Shown here piece after piece: positions 36,491 to 50,338 of a stretch of DNA of 64,000 nucleotides; position 1 is the stretch's first letter; the number at the start of each line of letters is the position of its first letter. Position numbers and translations under genes: made by a program. Location of the stretch: positions 11,924,266 to 11,988,265 of the forward strand of contig NC_068984.1 of the NCBI RefSeq assembly GCF_001194135.2, in the 5' to 3' direction. Under the pieces are notes generated by a model. It did not search any database. It worked only from the letters and a program-made list of their open reading frames with translations, and was not told where the DNA came from. The stretch comes from Octopus bimaculoides. Lineage: Eukaryota.

Positions 36491-38550
36491 ATAAAAGTGC
36501 TGTTGTTTAGCAAAGATATAACCAAGCACACAGTGACCAAACAGTGTCAATGTAGAGACACATGCACACATATAATCACATCATCATTTAAAGATCATGC
36601 ACCATGCTGGCATGGGTTGGATAACTGACAGGACCCAATGGGTCCTAGGACTGCACTGTGCTCCAGTATCTGCTTAGGCATGGTTTCTATGGCCAGTTAC
36701 CCTTGCTAATCCCAACCACTTTACAGTGTACTGAGAGCTTTTCTCATGCCACCAAAAATAGGTCATCATGCAGCTCACAAATTTACAAAACTCTAGGGAA
36801 AGGGCAGAGCAGGTTCTTGTTGTAGGGGAGCTACATGGCTATTCATCTTTAAGAGTAAGGAATGAATCATTAGTAGAAGAGATAAATAATAGTGATAACG
36901 TGTCCAGATAGCACATCAAGTAGAAATGAATAGAGACAGAGAAACAAGGAGTGGATAGGAATTTGCAAGAGTGTATGGGGGTAGGAGAAATGGTAAATGG
37001 GTAGAGGAGAGGTAAGCAGTGTCTGTAAGGATTGGGTAGGGTTGAAAGGGTGGATGTAGTGATGGGGGATGGCCAATGATGTAGGAGTTGGGAAGACTGG
37101 TGCCATCATCATTTCAATGTCTACTTTTCTATGCTTGCACAGATCAGATGGAATTCATAAAGGAGGCAGATTTTTCTACAGTTGGATACTTCTCTTGTCA
37201 GTTCCCATCTAGTAAATTTCACTCCTAAAGCATTGGTCAGCTCTGACCTATAGAAGACACTTACTTATCCACAGTGTCACACAGTGAGGTGGGACCTGAA
37301 ACCATGAGGCTACAAAACAAACTTTGTAACTACAAAAGCTGGCTTTTATTTTTATTTTTTATTCATCTCCCAAAATTTTAGTTCATTCTTTTTTATATAT
37401 ATATAGCATTGAGCAAATTGCATGGAGTCAAATTTTGCAAGACCCAACAAATGTAAGAGCCTCAGTTGATTTCAGTAAATATATTTTGGTATGCCTTTAT
37501 GCAAATAAAGTACTAATGGTGACATGTTATTTTAAAGATAGCATTTTGACTGAGTCATAAGTTTTTATAGGTATAGCAATTATTTAGTATATAAGAGAGT
37601 AAATAGTGAAATACATCAAACCAAAGGAGTAAATGGCAGAGGAATCAGATTCATCATTGGTTGGAAATATTTGTTTATCAGCGCAGTCCCGATGGAGCAA
37701 ATCTACAACAAAAGCCTTTCAGCCATGACTATCTGTCTATTTGTATATCAGTACACTCTCCAATGTATCTTTCATTGCTGAAGGTAGCAGAACTATTTAT
37801 GCCTAGCAGATCAATCAAATATGTAGAGACACCTTTAATTTTTGTTATCTGGCCTCAGATTGGCACTGATCAAACTGATGTATGATAAAAGGTTTTGCAG
37901 CTCTGACCATTCTATCTTTGAATATCATGGATTATGTTGTCCATTATGTTCTTTGATGGAGATTTGGCTGCTATTTGTAGAATTTGAATGACCATGCTAG
38001 AATTCCTTTGTATGCATATGTACATACATACATAGTGGATTCTTTGACAGTTTCAATGATCAGCACTGTTGATTGATCAACTGAACTTCTACTCATGAAA
38101 TGGATTTGGAAGCAGCTGAGTATTCCACAGACAAGTGTAGCTTCTACCTCTTCCCTCTCACACATAGACACTTCAATATCACACACACATTTTTCTAAAT
38201 TCCAAGAACATGACCAAATACAACACGTACCTGAAGAATGGGCTGTAACAACTAACTATAGCAACTTAGTTAAGAACACTAGTTTGGATGTATCAGCATA
38301 TATATACATAGATTAAAACACTAAGCATGTTTTGCTTTTAATTCTCTTCTTTTCTTTGTACTTGAAAATAAATATGTAATATATACATATATAGCCTGAA
38401 CAGGATAAACTATCCCTATTTTTAGCATTATTCTGCGATTGAGAATTTAAAATCACTTCTTTAACTTTCTAAAAGACATCTCAACGCTTCTAAAAACAAG
38501 CTTCGCTTGTTTATTTACGTTTGTTGTAATTTGAATTTAACATATATATA

Positions 38551-38617
38551 NNNNNNNNNNNNNNNNNNNNNNNNNNNNNNNNNNNNNNNNNNNNNNNNNN
38601 NNNNNNNNNNNNNNNNN
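38551..38617. other. Assembly gap (67 N)
   Basis: N-run following (TA)n. Confidence 1.
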
Positions 38618-38845
38618 ACATAGAAACTGTTTTTCTTATTGAAAAATATTCCTTCCAATTAACAAAAGTGTTGACATTTCAAATGATGCAGATATTCTGG
38701 TGTGTGTAAATTGAATGTCTTTTAATTATATGGTAATATTTGTTCAGGTACACAAATTTCTTAAAAGAGAATCACATCTACAATCATTGAGTCTATAAAA
38801 GCTTGATTGATCACATTAACTGAAATTTTGATGGATCTATTCCTG

Positions 38846-39481
38846 CGTAGAACACAGTTTACTCTGAACGTTTTTGACAAAATTTCGTCTTTTAGAAGTT
38901 ATTTCGTGTTAAAGCTGTTGTATTTGGGTAATTTTAACCAATCAACGACGTGTGCGAAGATGATGCCACCTTTATCCTTTCTAGTCATCACCGTCCATTC
39001 CTTACTCTTTCCCTCCCTTCTACGCTATCAACTAGCAACCAGTGTGCAAACTTGTCACTGCCACTACAGTTACCGTATTTTCCGGTGTATAAGCCACAAT
39101 TTGTTTTGTTTTACCTTCATGTTTTGATAATATTATTTTTTTTATCTAATAAAGACTTTTATATTAATCAAATGTGTTTATATTTTATTATAGTAAGATA
39201 AAATCATGACAACAACAATACATCTCATAGTTGTAAAATAAAGCATTTTGAAACTACATGTACATCAACAACAAAAAAGCTAGCTGTGGACTTGTGACAT
39301 TTAGTAGAGATGACCCCAAAGTTGTTCCTTTTCGAATACTATCGCAAACAGCAGTAACTTTCTTCAACCAAATACACATCATTGATTGGTTTAAATTACC
39401 CAAATACAACAACTTTAACACAAAATAACTTCTAAAAGATGAAGTTTTGTCAAAAACATTCAGAGTAAACCGTGTTCTACA
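38846..39481. mobile_element. Non-autonomous DNA transposon / MITE with ~110-bp TIRs
   Basis: 38846-38954 is the reverse complement of ~39373-39481 (GTAGAACAC.GTTTACTCTGAA.GTTTTTGACAAAA...). Superfamily not determined. Confidence 0.8.
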
Positions 39482-39619
39482 TGAGAAATTCTACCAGTAT
39501 TTGAAGTTTCATACTGTTTAGTCAAAAAAAAATTTTTTTTTAATCTGTGATTGAGATGGAATAAGATCCATTTTGACTCATAGCTACATAATCATACAAT
39601 TCACTCAATTTCCTTTCTT

Positions 39620-40300
39620 GATGACTCATGTTGACCTATTTCCATGCATTTTCTATAGGATTTAAATTTATAATTGTGTTGGCTGCAGCACCACTAAAAA
39701 ATTTTATGCTCTTAATGTTTTGTTTTTTAATTCCTTAAGAATGAAAAATCTACAACTAGCCTAAATGATCAGCACTCAGATAGGCTTTACTGTTTATGAT
39801 GCCCTTGATCTGATGTACAGAACCAACTGCTTTTCCAGATATGGAGCCCCAAACCATGCCATTACCATCATGCTTAGCTGGCAGAGTCATGATCTCCAAT
39901 TGAAAGTCTTATCCTGTATGATGACCATACACTCAGCCAATAAAACTCAAATAGTTCAATTTCAACTTGTCCAATCACCCCAAGATTTCTAATCAATCTG
40001 ACAACACAATTCCTGTGCTTGAGTAAAGTGAAAGCAGAAACAGATTAATGTCCCACACAAACTACTTTCATCAAGTGTTTTGGTGATAACACCACCAATT
40101 TGCATGTGGTATTTCTGCTGAACATTGTTCAAAATGTCAACCACAGTCATTTTCCTGTTCTTTTTAGACAAATGATGAATATTTGGTCCAACCTTTCAGT
40201 AGATTTTCAGTGCTGTTCTGATCGAAGGTGGTGAGTTTCAATAAAGATGTCAGAAGTATTGTGAACAGCAGTTACTAAGATACAACTACAGCAGCTATGG
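39620..40300 (-). mobile_element. Degenerate Tc1-like transposase relic
   Basis: The minus strand gives GNGMVWGSISGKAVG...IKGIINSKAY, matching the Tc1 SVMVWG...G.MN...Y motif. Confidence 0.6.
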
Positions 40301-40499
40301 TCTGAAACATTCATTTCAGCTTATGCAATAGAACAATTCTCAATCATATTTTTGGTGATATAATCAAATAAGTCTGCCTCACTTAAAAAGCTAAATGCAT
40401 TTTCTTTTTACATGTTCTTAAATTAAATTATGCTAATTTTCATGATTTTATTGACTGTTTTGATAATTTTATAAATGATAAAATGAAAATAGTGTTTAA

Positions 40500-40714
40500 T
40501 CCTTTAGCATTTAAACCAACCATATCTAGCTTACACATTCTACCTTTTATGCTCAAACTGGTCAGATCTGGCCTCACACCATCCCTATAATGTATGTCAT
40601 TCTAAAAATAAACAATCACATTGCAATCTCTTCGGAAGATAATGTATGATTAATTCAAAATGATGTGAATAAATAAGTATTACATTTTAACAGAGTAAGC
40701 TGAATGTTAAAGGG
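40500..40714. mobile_element. piggyBac-type MITE
   Basis: TTAA|TCCTTTAGCATT ... GAATGTTAAAGGG|TCAA. Confidence 0.65.
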
Positions 40715-41540
40715 TCAATCATTGGTGATCCCTTGACTTTAAACTAAGTGTGTATGTGTATTCTATTATTGATTTCAGTGTTACAACTATATTGAGGCAC
40801 CATCTTCAAAGGTTTAGCTGATAATATCAACCCCAGTACATATTTCAGCCTTGGTTATGTTAACATTCGCTATTTGTTACACTGTAAAATTACAGAACAT
40901 AGACAACAGTACAAGTTTTTAAGTAATGGACACATTCATACACACAAATTTAATAATTTTATATCTATGTTTTTTTCTTATGCTGGTACAAGTTAGACTA
41001 GTAAAAGTATGAGTTACCCCACATTTAGAATTACCGCTCTCCTATGTGGGTCATAGACTATATCTTAGACATTCCATTTTTTACATAGATATGGCTTCTA
41101 TGGCTGAATGAACTTCCTAATGCTAATTAATTTTACTAAGTGTACTCATGTCATACCAGGACACCAATGTTACAGTAGTCCTGTTCTTGACAAAATTGAA
41201 GGGTCCTTTCTAACCCATATTATCTCCACTTTATATATCACCTTCATCATTATTTTAATGTCTACTTTTCCATACTTGCACAGGTCAGACAATACTATAT
41301 TGGGGAAGAATTTTCTATAGCTGGGTGTCCTTCTTGCAAGGTAAAAATCCCCCAGTTTATTGAACAAAAAACAACCTGGACATGATTAAGCAGAAAACTA
41401 GAAACAAACAACATTTGAAAGAGCTTTTTGCTGACAAAGATCATGCAATATGTCATGAAGCCCAAGCATGCTTTCACAGTGCACTGCAAGCAAACAAGAG
41501 TCTGTATAAACAATGACACTTTCGTTTATAATCAGCAAAC

Positions 41541-41549
41541 ATACACACG

Positions 41550-41601
<52 letters not shown>
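41541..41601. repeat. (CA)n microsatellite with a CGCA-rich start
   Basis: Direct inspection. Confidence 0.95.
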
Positions 41602-41603
<2 letters not shown>

Positions 41604-42069
41604 ACAGGTTTCTCCAATGTTTTCTTTATGAATTGACAGTAGTACAGGATACTGACAACATCCACAGAGAGAGAGAATCCTTAACCATGCATTTCCAAAG
41701 TGAACTTCTTAACCATACAGCCATATTTGCATGTGCGCACACGCACACATGCACACACTTTCACACAGTTCCTGTCATCCAAAAACATTTCACTCAACCC
41801 AAAACCATGTGGATGCAAAGTCAACTTTTTAACCAGTCATACCTATGTCTTATTATACACAAATATGAGCTTGCAGTGTAGTGTGAAAGCAATAACAGAT
41901 CCACTGTCATGATGCTATTGTTGAATTATAATTGCTTCCTTTGCCAAACATACACACACCCACACACAAAATAATTATTCTAATAAAGTGACAGATAACA
42001 CATTTCAATTTTTCCAATGTTAAAGAGAAAATTTGAAATATGTTTATAGAAAAAATACTGACACTTTAA

Positions 42070-42239
42070 CCCTTTCATGATCACATTTCTAATGAAAAAT
42101 AATCATGTCTGCCTATGTGTTTCAATTAGCCTGAAATTTAATCAAGACTGGAAAAATTTAGTAAAATGACTTTTTCATAATGAAGTTGGTGTTTAGAATA
42201 TAAGTCTGCAAAAAAAGTTATACCATAAAATATTGAGGG
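42070..42239. mobile_element. piggyBac-type MITE
   Basis: TTAA|CCCTTTC...GAGGG|TTTT; internally similar to 26957-27139. Confidence 0.55.
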
Positions 42240-43066
42240 TTTTAAAAAGTGTTGTTCAATGTGCATTAGTTTGCTCTAAGAATGGCATTTTATCAACAAT
42301 CTAAAAGGTCAAAAAAAAGTTTTAATTTTTAAAAAGAATTACAACACATCCAGGAGTTGCAATTTTCATCAGATGCGCTTAAAGAACCTATATCAATAGT
42401 TAATTTACTGAGTAAAAAAAAAAAACACAAAGGTAAATAAGCAAGAAAAGAAGAATGCAACAACCAAGTTGGCAAGCTAAGTTTTCACTTTAAGAATGCA
42501 ATGGCTATTTTAGATGGAGACACAATAGTGATAGTAGGTCAAAAATTATGAGAAATATGCATTCAGTTTTGAACAGAGAAATTGAAAGATATTTAGACAA
42601 TCTCAGCTTACACTGACATTTCCCTTTCCCAGTATCCCTTATAACTCTAGTTCTTTCACTATACTCTAATAAACAATCTGAAAGTAGCTAACAGCAATAT
42701 AAACATTATTTAAAGATGGTTTAATATATCTTTATGTCATTTTGAAAAAGAAAATATTAACAGTCACAGTTTCATCACATGCACACACATTCTCAGGAAA
42801 AAAATCTGTGCTCATGTGTTTGGATAATGCACATACAGAAGAAGAAAAAAACCTTCCAGAAAAACAGATAAAGATTGATAACGAAAAGAGCACCTTGCCA
42901 TAAAGATCCATTTTAAAGTATATTCCCACCATAACCCAGGCTAGCATGGAAAAACAAACACCAAACAAACAATCACTGATGAGTTATGATAAATTTAAAT
43001 TGTATGCATTTCTCAGTCAAATCCTAGCAGTCAGGCTGATATCAGCATTTTTCTTTTTTTTTTTTT

Positions 43067-43076
43067 NNNNNNNNNN
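43067..43076. other. Assembly gap (10 N) inside poly-T
   Basis: N-run. Confidence 1.
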
Positions 43077-46000
43077 TTTTTTTTTTTTTTTTTTTGGCTT
43101 TGATTCTAACTCATGATAGCAGGTATTTACTTATTTGTAAAGTTGTAGTTTAATTATGGGGGCCTAAGTTCACAGTCAGACTAAATACACATGAAATGAT
43201 TGTATACACATAAGTCTAGCCATAACCTACACTGTATTGGTGCTCTAGTTCTATATTTCAGGTATAGTGACTAACATTTGCAATGGCAGGAGAATTTTAA
43301 AATAACCTTGTAACTTGAACAAAGCAATATTCTGTCAATTTGTAATAGTGCTTATCTTTCAAAATTAGGATAGTTTATGGTAGAAAAATATTAATAACAC
43401 CCTCAAAATATAGAGAAAGTATGATGAAGATAAATTCCTTGATGTGCACATGCAATATAATTTTAGAAGATAGGATTAGAAACTAATAATGCAGCATGCA
43501 GTACTGATAAAAACTGTCAACGTATGCTATCACAAAAGTCATTATATCGAAATCATTTGATACTTTTAAGCCAGAACTATTTTATCATTTTAAGCTAATT
43601 TATTGGCTTCCATCATAGAAAACTGCAACCATACTGAAGTACCACCTTTATTTTAAGCCACAAAATCAATAATGAAATGTTTCCTAGATCATATATCCTT
43701 GTGTAATTCTGTTAAATATTTTGGGGTTATTGATTTCAAAATAAGAACCAGTAAATAAGGGGGAGGGGTCAATTAAAAAAAAAAACAATACCAAAAGCAC
43801 CTATAAAAACTGAGCTTTGACTATTCAAAAGAAATTACTATTATGAAGAATTTAGATTTCAGGAAATTATCTAAAATGATCATGATAAACACAGCATTCT
43901 TCAGAATAACCAATACATAAATTTCTATATTAGAAAAACTATTTAAATGACAACAAGATTTGCTCAAAATAGATGATCAGCACCTTTATGCAAAGTGATT
44001 AGATTTCAGAAACATAGAATCTTTATTCTTTCTATAGTGTGAATACAGAAAAATACTATCATAACAGGTAGTACAAAGAAATTCATAAGCATTTTGCACC
44101 CAAAATAGAGAAAAATCACCCAACTACCGTTATAAAGATCTTATTATTAAGTAAGTAATGAAAGACTTTAGTTCTTCCTTTACATCTCAAAAATAATTAC
44201 ACAATTATATTACATTAACTACTCTTCAGTTGAAAATTTTAGTTAAAAAAAAAAATCAATAGATATTCAATTTCTTCATTCAACTATAACTCTTTACAGA
44301 AATTAAAATAAGAAGTTTCCTCTAAACCATTTTGATTTTAAAGGGACAACAGTGTAAAAAGAATAATTCTAAATTATAATTTTCATGCACCTAGTTAACT
44401 AACAAAGAGTAATTCACCACCCAAATATTGCACAAATTATTTAATTTGATCCTTAGAACTGCAATGATCTAGAGTTTCTATGCCACTAATGTCTTTTTAG
44501 CAAATATCAACTTAACCTACTGAAACTGAATTACAAACATTGAATTTAACAAAGAAAGTATGCAAAAGGTATGGATACCAACCATCTTCGATACATATTG
44601 TGTGTGTTTATATATATATATATATATATAGTGATTATAACAGCTAGTATCTCTCATCTAGTTATTCAATCATCAGACTGGTTTACTTTGTACCTAGTCT
44701 GATGATAGGAAATATGAAATTCAAATAATAGATCTGAGATTTATAAATTATAAAATTTATAAAACCCTTTCCTTGGCACTGAATACTGCTTTACCCTACT
44801 TGTATGTACTTATATACTCCATATACATTTTTAAAAATACACAATACACAGGTCTAATTTTATGATAATGTTTTAATTGCTTTTTCTTCCAATACAATTC
44901 TTTAAAAAATGCTATGCAACTAAATCTATCGTCAACAGGCTAAAGAAACTAGACTAGAGAGGGAGGTTTTATCATGTAGTTGTTAACTGGGATCATTGTA
45001 AAATTTTGTGTTAATTAAATTCATCTACAAACAAAACACTCAACAATATAAAATATGGTCTGGTGAGCTCAAGATCATTTTTCTAACTTCTACTGTTTCT
45101 GCTAATTTCAGAATTTTAAGGTAAATACATAAACCATGGGAAAGGATTTGAATACAGCACTGCAAGCCAATAAAACATTAGTAATTAAACTACAGTCAGT
45201 GTACTTACAATACCAACTTAAAATCTAGGTAGAGTGAATCAGTGAGAAGTGTTCTTGACATGCATACCAGTGCAGTACCAGCTTTTCAACTATGGATCCA
45301 TTGGTTTTCAGTTTAACAACCAATGACTGTCAGATATGAACTCCTTTGAATCATTATCAAAAATTATTGTTCAGTTTTTAATCCCAATGGTTGATCTCCT
45401 CAATTAATACAAACGTTTATTATCCTAAATAGATACATGATTTTAAACAACAATCATTTTCACAACTTTAAATAAGCAGGGATCACAATAAATAATTATA
45501 GTAAAAAAAAAATAAAGACAAATTATTAAATTTCTACAATCTACCTTTGTCATTTAAAAGCCATCAAAACAACTCATTTCAATAATTTAAACATTCCAAT
45601 AAGAGAAATACCTCACATTCTCTCCTCTGCAGTTATAAATAACTTGTCTGAGAAAACTATACATTAGCCATACTGTATGATAAACTTCTTTTAGTCAGAC
45701 CTGGTTTAAATGTGAGTGTTTTCTGAACATGAATTTCACCCTTATTCTTAAGTAGAGAGCACCAGGCCATGAAGGTAGACACTATTCATCACTGTCTGGT
45801 TTTACCCAATGAAACCCAGACTCTTTTCAAATTGGATTTAACATGGTCATCAACAAGACGCAAAGTCAACAGAAAGGCACAGCTACCAAAATCAACAAAG
45901 TAAAAGTTAAAGTACAAATAGTAACAAACAATTAGGTCATTGTGCTGTGAATACCAAATGAATTAAAAATTTATGAAAATTGATAAGTATAAAATAGGAA

Positions 46001-47429
46001 ACTGTCATAAATCAAAGCTGATTTAACGTAGAACTAAATACACAGAAGACAAAACGTTCCCACTTCTTTCATACATGTAAATCTTATATTGATTTAAGTT
46101 ACAATTACTTGTACATAATCCTTGCATTGTTTTGTTGTTGTTTTTTTTTCTTCTTTTAGTTCACATTTTTCTATGCAATCATGACCTCATGTGAAAACCC
46201 CTACTATCAACTAACAGCTCTTACTCTTGATTCTGTTCCATGATTTTTCTTAATCTAAAGACAAGATTAATACTAAATGGCTTCTACTACTACCAGCTAG
46301 CATTAGCTTTTTATATCAATTTTTTTTTCTTGACCATAGATCACAAAATTCAGTCTGATTGAAATTCTCCATACCTCAACAGTCAGCTTGTTTCTCAAAT
46401 CAAAGAAAATAAAAAGTTGTTCATTTCTCACCAATCCACTACATAAATTGCACTAATCATAAATTGGAAGCAAAAGAGAATGATACACTATAATCTATAT
46501 ATAATTTTCAAAGTAACTGTTCATAACAGACTAACATTTTTAAACTCCTTCAATATTCAATAGTAAACCTTTTTCACCAAATAACTTATAGTAGGTTTTG
46601 AAGATTCTGGTTTGCATGACAACAGAATATATTGATTTTAAAACAAGAACCATCAAGATAAAATCTTTTAATTTTGAAATATTTGATAAAATGTAAAATG
46701 TTCATAAATATGTTGTACAATAAGCCATGGGCATAAGACAAGAGTTTCAATGCAACATTTACTGCAAACAAAAACTGAGGAATATTTCCCCCAAGAAAAT
46801 TAACAAATGTTAAGTGCAACCCATTGCTTTTTATCTAAATATTAGGAAATGGATTGCTGAGGATTATCTGCATCTGAGAAGCTAACATTGTACTTAATCT
46901 CTCTTGCTGCTTTTCACGTGCCTTACTCAGTTTTAGTAGTATCACAGCATATGGTCATGCAACAATACTTTAATTTAGGCATTAGTAAAATAAATGCCAA
47001 TGTATTTAGTATAATGATCCAAGTAAACTTAATTAAAATTGTACCAATAAGACAAAAAAATTCTTACCTTAATGATTCATTCTGATTAAGAGAGCAGATG
47101 AGACAACCCCAGAATTTAAATTATTTAATTATAAGTAAAATGTGGGAAGTGAGTCTAACTATTGGTAGTACAGAGATATTTCAACCTTATCAGACCTCAT
47201 TAGTGAAACATGGTCTAACCAATATTGCTAGTATGTGTATTGTTAAATCCTTTTGTAAAAATCACTATAAGACTACTCATAAAGGACAGTAAAAAAGGAG
47301 TTGCTGAAAAAAGCAAGCCATCGCAAACCTGTCATATAAATGATGTTTTGCTACAAAAATTTAACCTAGGAAGAAAATCTCAAATTCTTTAAAGAATTTG
47401 TTTCATATATATTGATATATAAAGAAATT

Positions 47430-47787
47430 TGTGGCACTCTGTCAGTTACGATGAGGGTTCCAGTTGATCCGATCAACAGAACAGCCTGCTCATGAAATTA
47501 ACGTGCAAGTGGCTGAGCACTCCACAGACACGTGTACCCTTAACATAGTTCTCAGGGAGATTCAGCATGACACGGCTGACCCTTTGAAATACAGGTATAA
47601 CAGAAACAGGAAGAGAGTAAGGAAGTTGTGGTGAAAGAGTACAGCAGGATTCGCCACCACCCCCTGCCGGAGCCTCGTGGAGCTTCAGGTGTTTTCGCTC
47701 AATAAACACAACGCCTGGTCTGGGAATTGAAACTGCAATCCCATGACTGTGCGTCCGCTGCCCTAACCACTGGGCCATTTCACATCC
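47430..47787 (-). mobile_element. Well-preserved tRNA-derived SINE (tRNA-Arg-like head; resembles octopus OR-type SINEs)
   Basis: Minus-strand head TGGCCCAGTGGTTAGGGCAGCGGAC...GTTTCAATTCCCAG carries Pol III A- and B-box-like motifs. Many CpGs are retained. Confidence 0.8.
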
Positions 47788-49720
47788 ATATAAAGAATAC
47801 TGTATAATGATACAGTACATTTATTCACGACAATACAGAAAACATGAGATTGTATATGATACCAAAAATTTTATTTTAATTTAACTATTTAAGTATTTTT
47901 GTGGAATGTTAACAAGAAGACTGTCTTTTAATGTATATTTTTACACAAAATTCAACATGAAATAGATGAAAATGTTCATAAAATGATCAGATTCCTTTTT
48001 GTGATATAGATATTGTTTTGGTTTCGGCCATTCAGCTCTGGCCCTATAAACAAATAAATAAATAAATAAATAAAACCTTCAAAGCAGAGCCAGACTACTT
48101 AAAAATCCCATTAATATTTTGTTTTATATGACTACTAAAGGGACAACTTATCTGAAACTTTCTGACAGTTATTTCTGAAAATATACTATTACATATAATA
48201 AAAATGATTGAAATCAATAATTAAATAAAGAAAATCATACAAGAAATACGAAAGAGTCAAACTTCATTATAATTACTGTATTGTACTTTGTTCATCATGA
48301 AACGACAAAATAGCTACTGCAGTAATCTGTAGGAAAAAAAAATCACCCAAAGCTAAAGGGAGGTTATTACTATCACTGAATGAAATATTCTAACCATACA
48401 ATAACATTTAAAATATCAAGCCTTGTAAAATTGTTATAGCCATATTAGTAGCTATTTTTAACATTTGTAAGTCACAGATAATAAAAAAAAATTCCTAATT
48501 AGATAAATAAAAAAAGTAGATAATAAAATTAAGGCAGTAAATCTCAGTGTACTAAAAAAAAGAAAGAAAGATAATTTGTAAATTTAAGCATACAAGGATG
48601 GATAATTTTATGCATGAAGCCATTTTTCATGACTAATTTATCTTCTTCATGGTTACAACAATACTTGGTACAATTATTGGTTATTACACATTTGACAACA
48701 TACAAGGGCTTAAAAGAACAGTAAGATAGATTAATAGAAGACTTCCTGGAAGTTTCCAATAACAAACATAACCAGAGAAAATTTTTTCTTATCTCTACAT
48801 TCAATATTATTTTTTTCCTCAATTCAGAAAAAAATAATCTAAATACTTTTATTAAGCATAATTTTCCCTTTTAGCCCAGCTACTAAATATAAAGGAGAAA
48901 ACCTAGTTTTAAATAAAGTATGTAATTAATATTTAATAAGATGATAGTGTCCTCAAAAATTAACCTTCATAATCTAAAGTGAATACATTACCAACTAATA
49001 TATTATTACATATATTTTGTAAATACAATCTTGTATACATAGACCACATGCTTTTAAATTAAAATATAAATCCTATAAAATACATGACCATGCAGGTTGA
49101 TATAATGCATTAATAGCACTTAATAATCATTATCATAAAATGATTAATAAATCATGTTAGCCTAGCAAACAATTTCAAATATTTGTTTGTAAAAGTCCTA
49201 CATCAGAAAACATTTTTAAAATAAAAGATAACTGAATTTAGAATATACCATGTGACATAAATCACATGGTATATTCTACCATGCATAAAGAAAACTTTTA
49301 AAAAGCTTCTTTGCATGCTTATAAAGATAAACAATTACTATAAAACCTACATAAACCATTAACTGATATCATCCAATAGTTGCAGGATATTTCAGTTTAT
49401 TGGCTATAATCATATTTTTATATCACATTAATGAGTCAAAAATCTAATAAGTTCATGACACATGAACATGCTTAAACTGTTCAGCTATAAATGTAAGCCA
49501 AATTAACAAATAGTTTCTTAGATTGCAATATTCACAATGTAATCCTATCAAACACTGCTCTGGCTTTATCGTTATTCTAATTAAGGGCAGCAGATGATTA
49601 ACTGTTGGACCCAAATCTCTGGCTATTAATAATCTTATGTTACTTCCTGTGAACTAGGTAAGCAGTTGTATTCAACAGTGTTGCACTACTATTACTGAGC
49701 ATCAAGGAGTCCATCTGGGC

Positions 49721-50338
49721 CAGTGGTTTTCAAATTTTATCAGTTCAATGCCCCTTTTAATGAACAGTATTTTTACAAATGCCTCCACCCCACAACTTGA
49801 AAAAAAAAAAAAATTCCTTTTGTTACCATATTTCTGTTGAAAATACACCACCTTTGTTTCAATTATTTTTGAGAAGAATGAAGAATTTAGTGAGATATGT
49901 CTTTTTTTTAGATGTTATTTGGAAAGAAACATGAAATTTTGATAGGTTTTAATATAAACCATTTTAAAGCAACAAACTTAAATAAAAAAAACCAAAGGCA
50001 ATATCAGGCAGGTTGGTATATTTCTGCTCACTGATAAAATATCCTACTCATATTTGGCTTTGCCAACTCTTGTCAAGCAGTCTGACCAATGCCAGCAGAG
50101 AAAATGGATGTTAAATGATGATAATTTGATGATGATATCATTCTAATGACAATATTTTTTTTTTTTTTTGCTTTTGTAAAATTGTATTTAAAATTTAAGC
50201 ATTATACCTGGTTTATATTTTTAATTCCAAACAACAAAATCACAAGTCTATAAACATTAGCCATCCTAAACCCTAGTGCCCACCTTGTGAGTATACAATA
50301 TCCCAAGGGGACACTAACACGCAGGTTACGAACCACTA
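49721..50338. mobile_element. Old hAT (Charlie-type) MITE with an internal SINE fragment
   Basis: CAGTGGTTTTCAAA ... TTACGAACCACTA termini, related to 31633-31942; the TSD has decayed. Confidence 0.6.

Noticed and set aside
41295-41912. Cluster of six ORFs
   Set aside because: They are produced by (CA)n/(TG)n repeats that contain no stop codons.
44700-44738. C/D-box snoRNA (TGATGA ... CTGA)
   Set aside because: The boxes are under 40 nt apart, too short for guide regions, and there is no terminal stem.
47069-47082. 14-nt minus-strand microexon (good acceptor, GTAAGA donor)
   Set aside because: Its length is not a multiple of three and there are no neighbouring coding exons; such sites arise by chance.
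47710-47787. tRNA gene
   Set aside because: It is the tRNA-derived head of a SINE, continuous with ~280 bp of SINE body, and does not form a proper cloverleaf.
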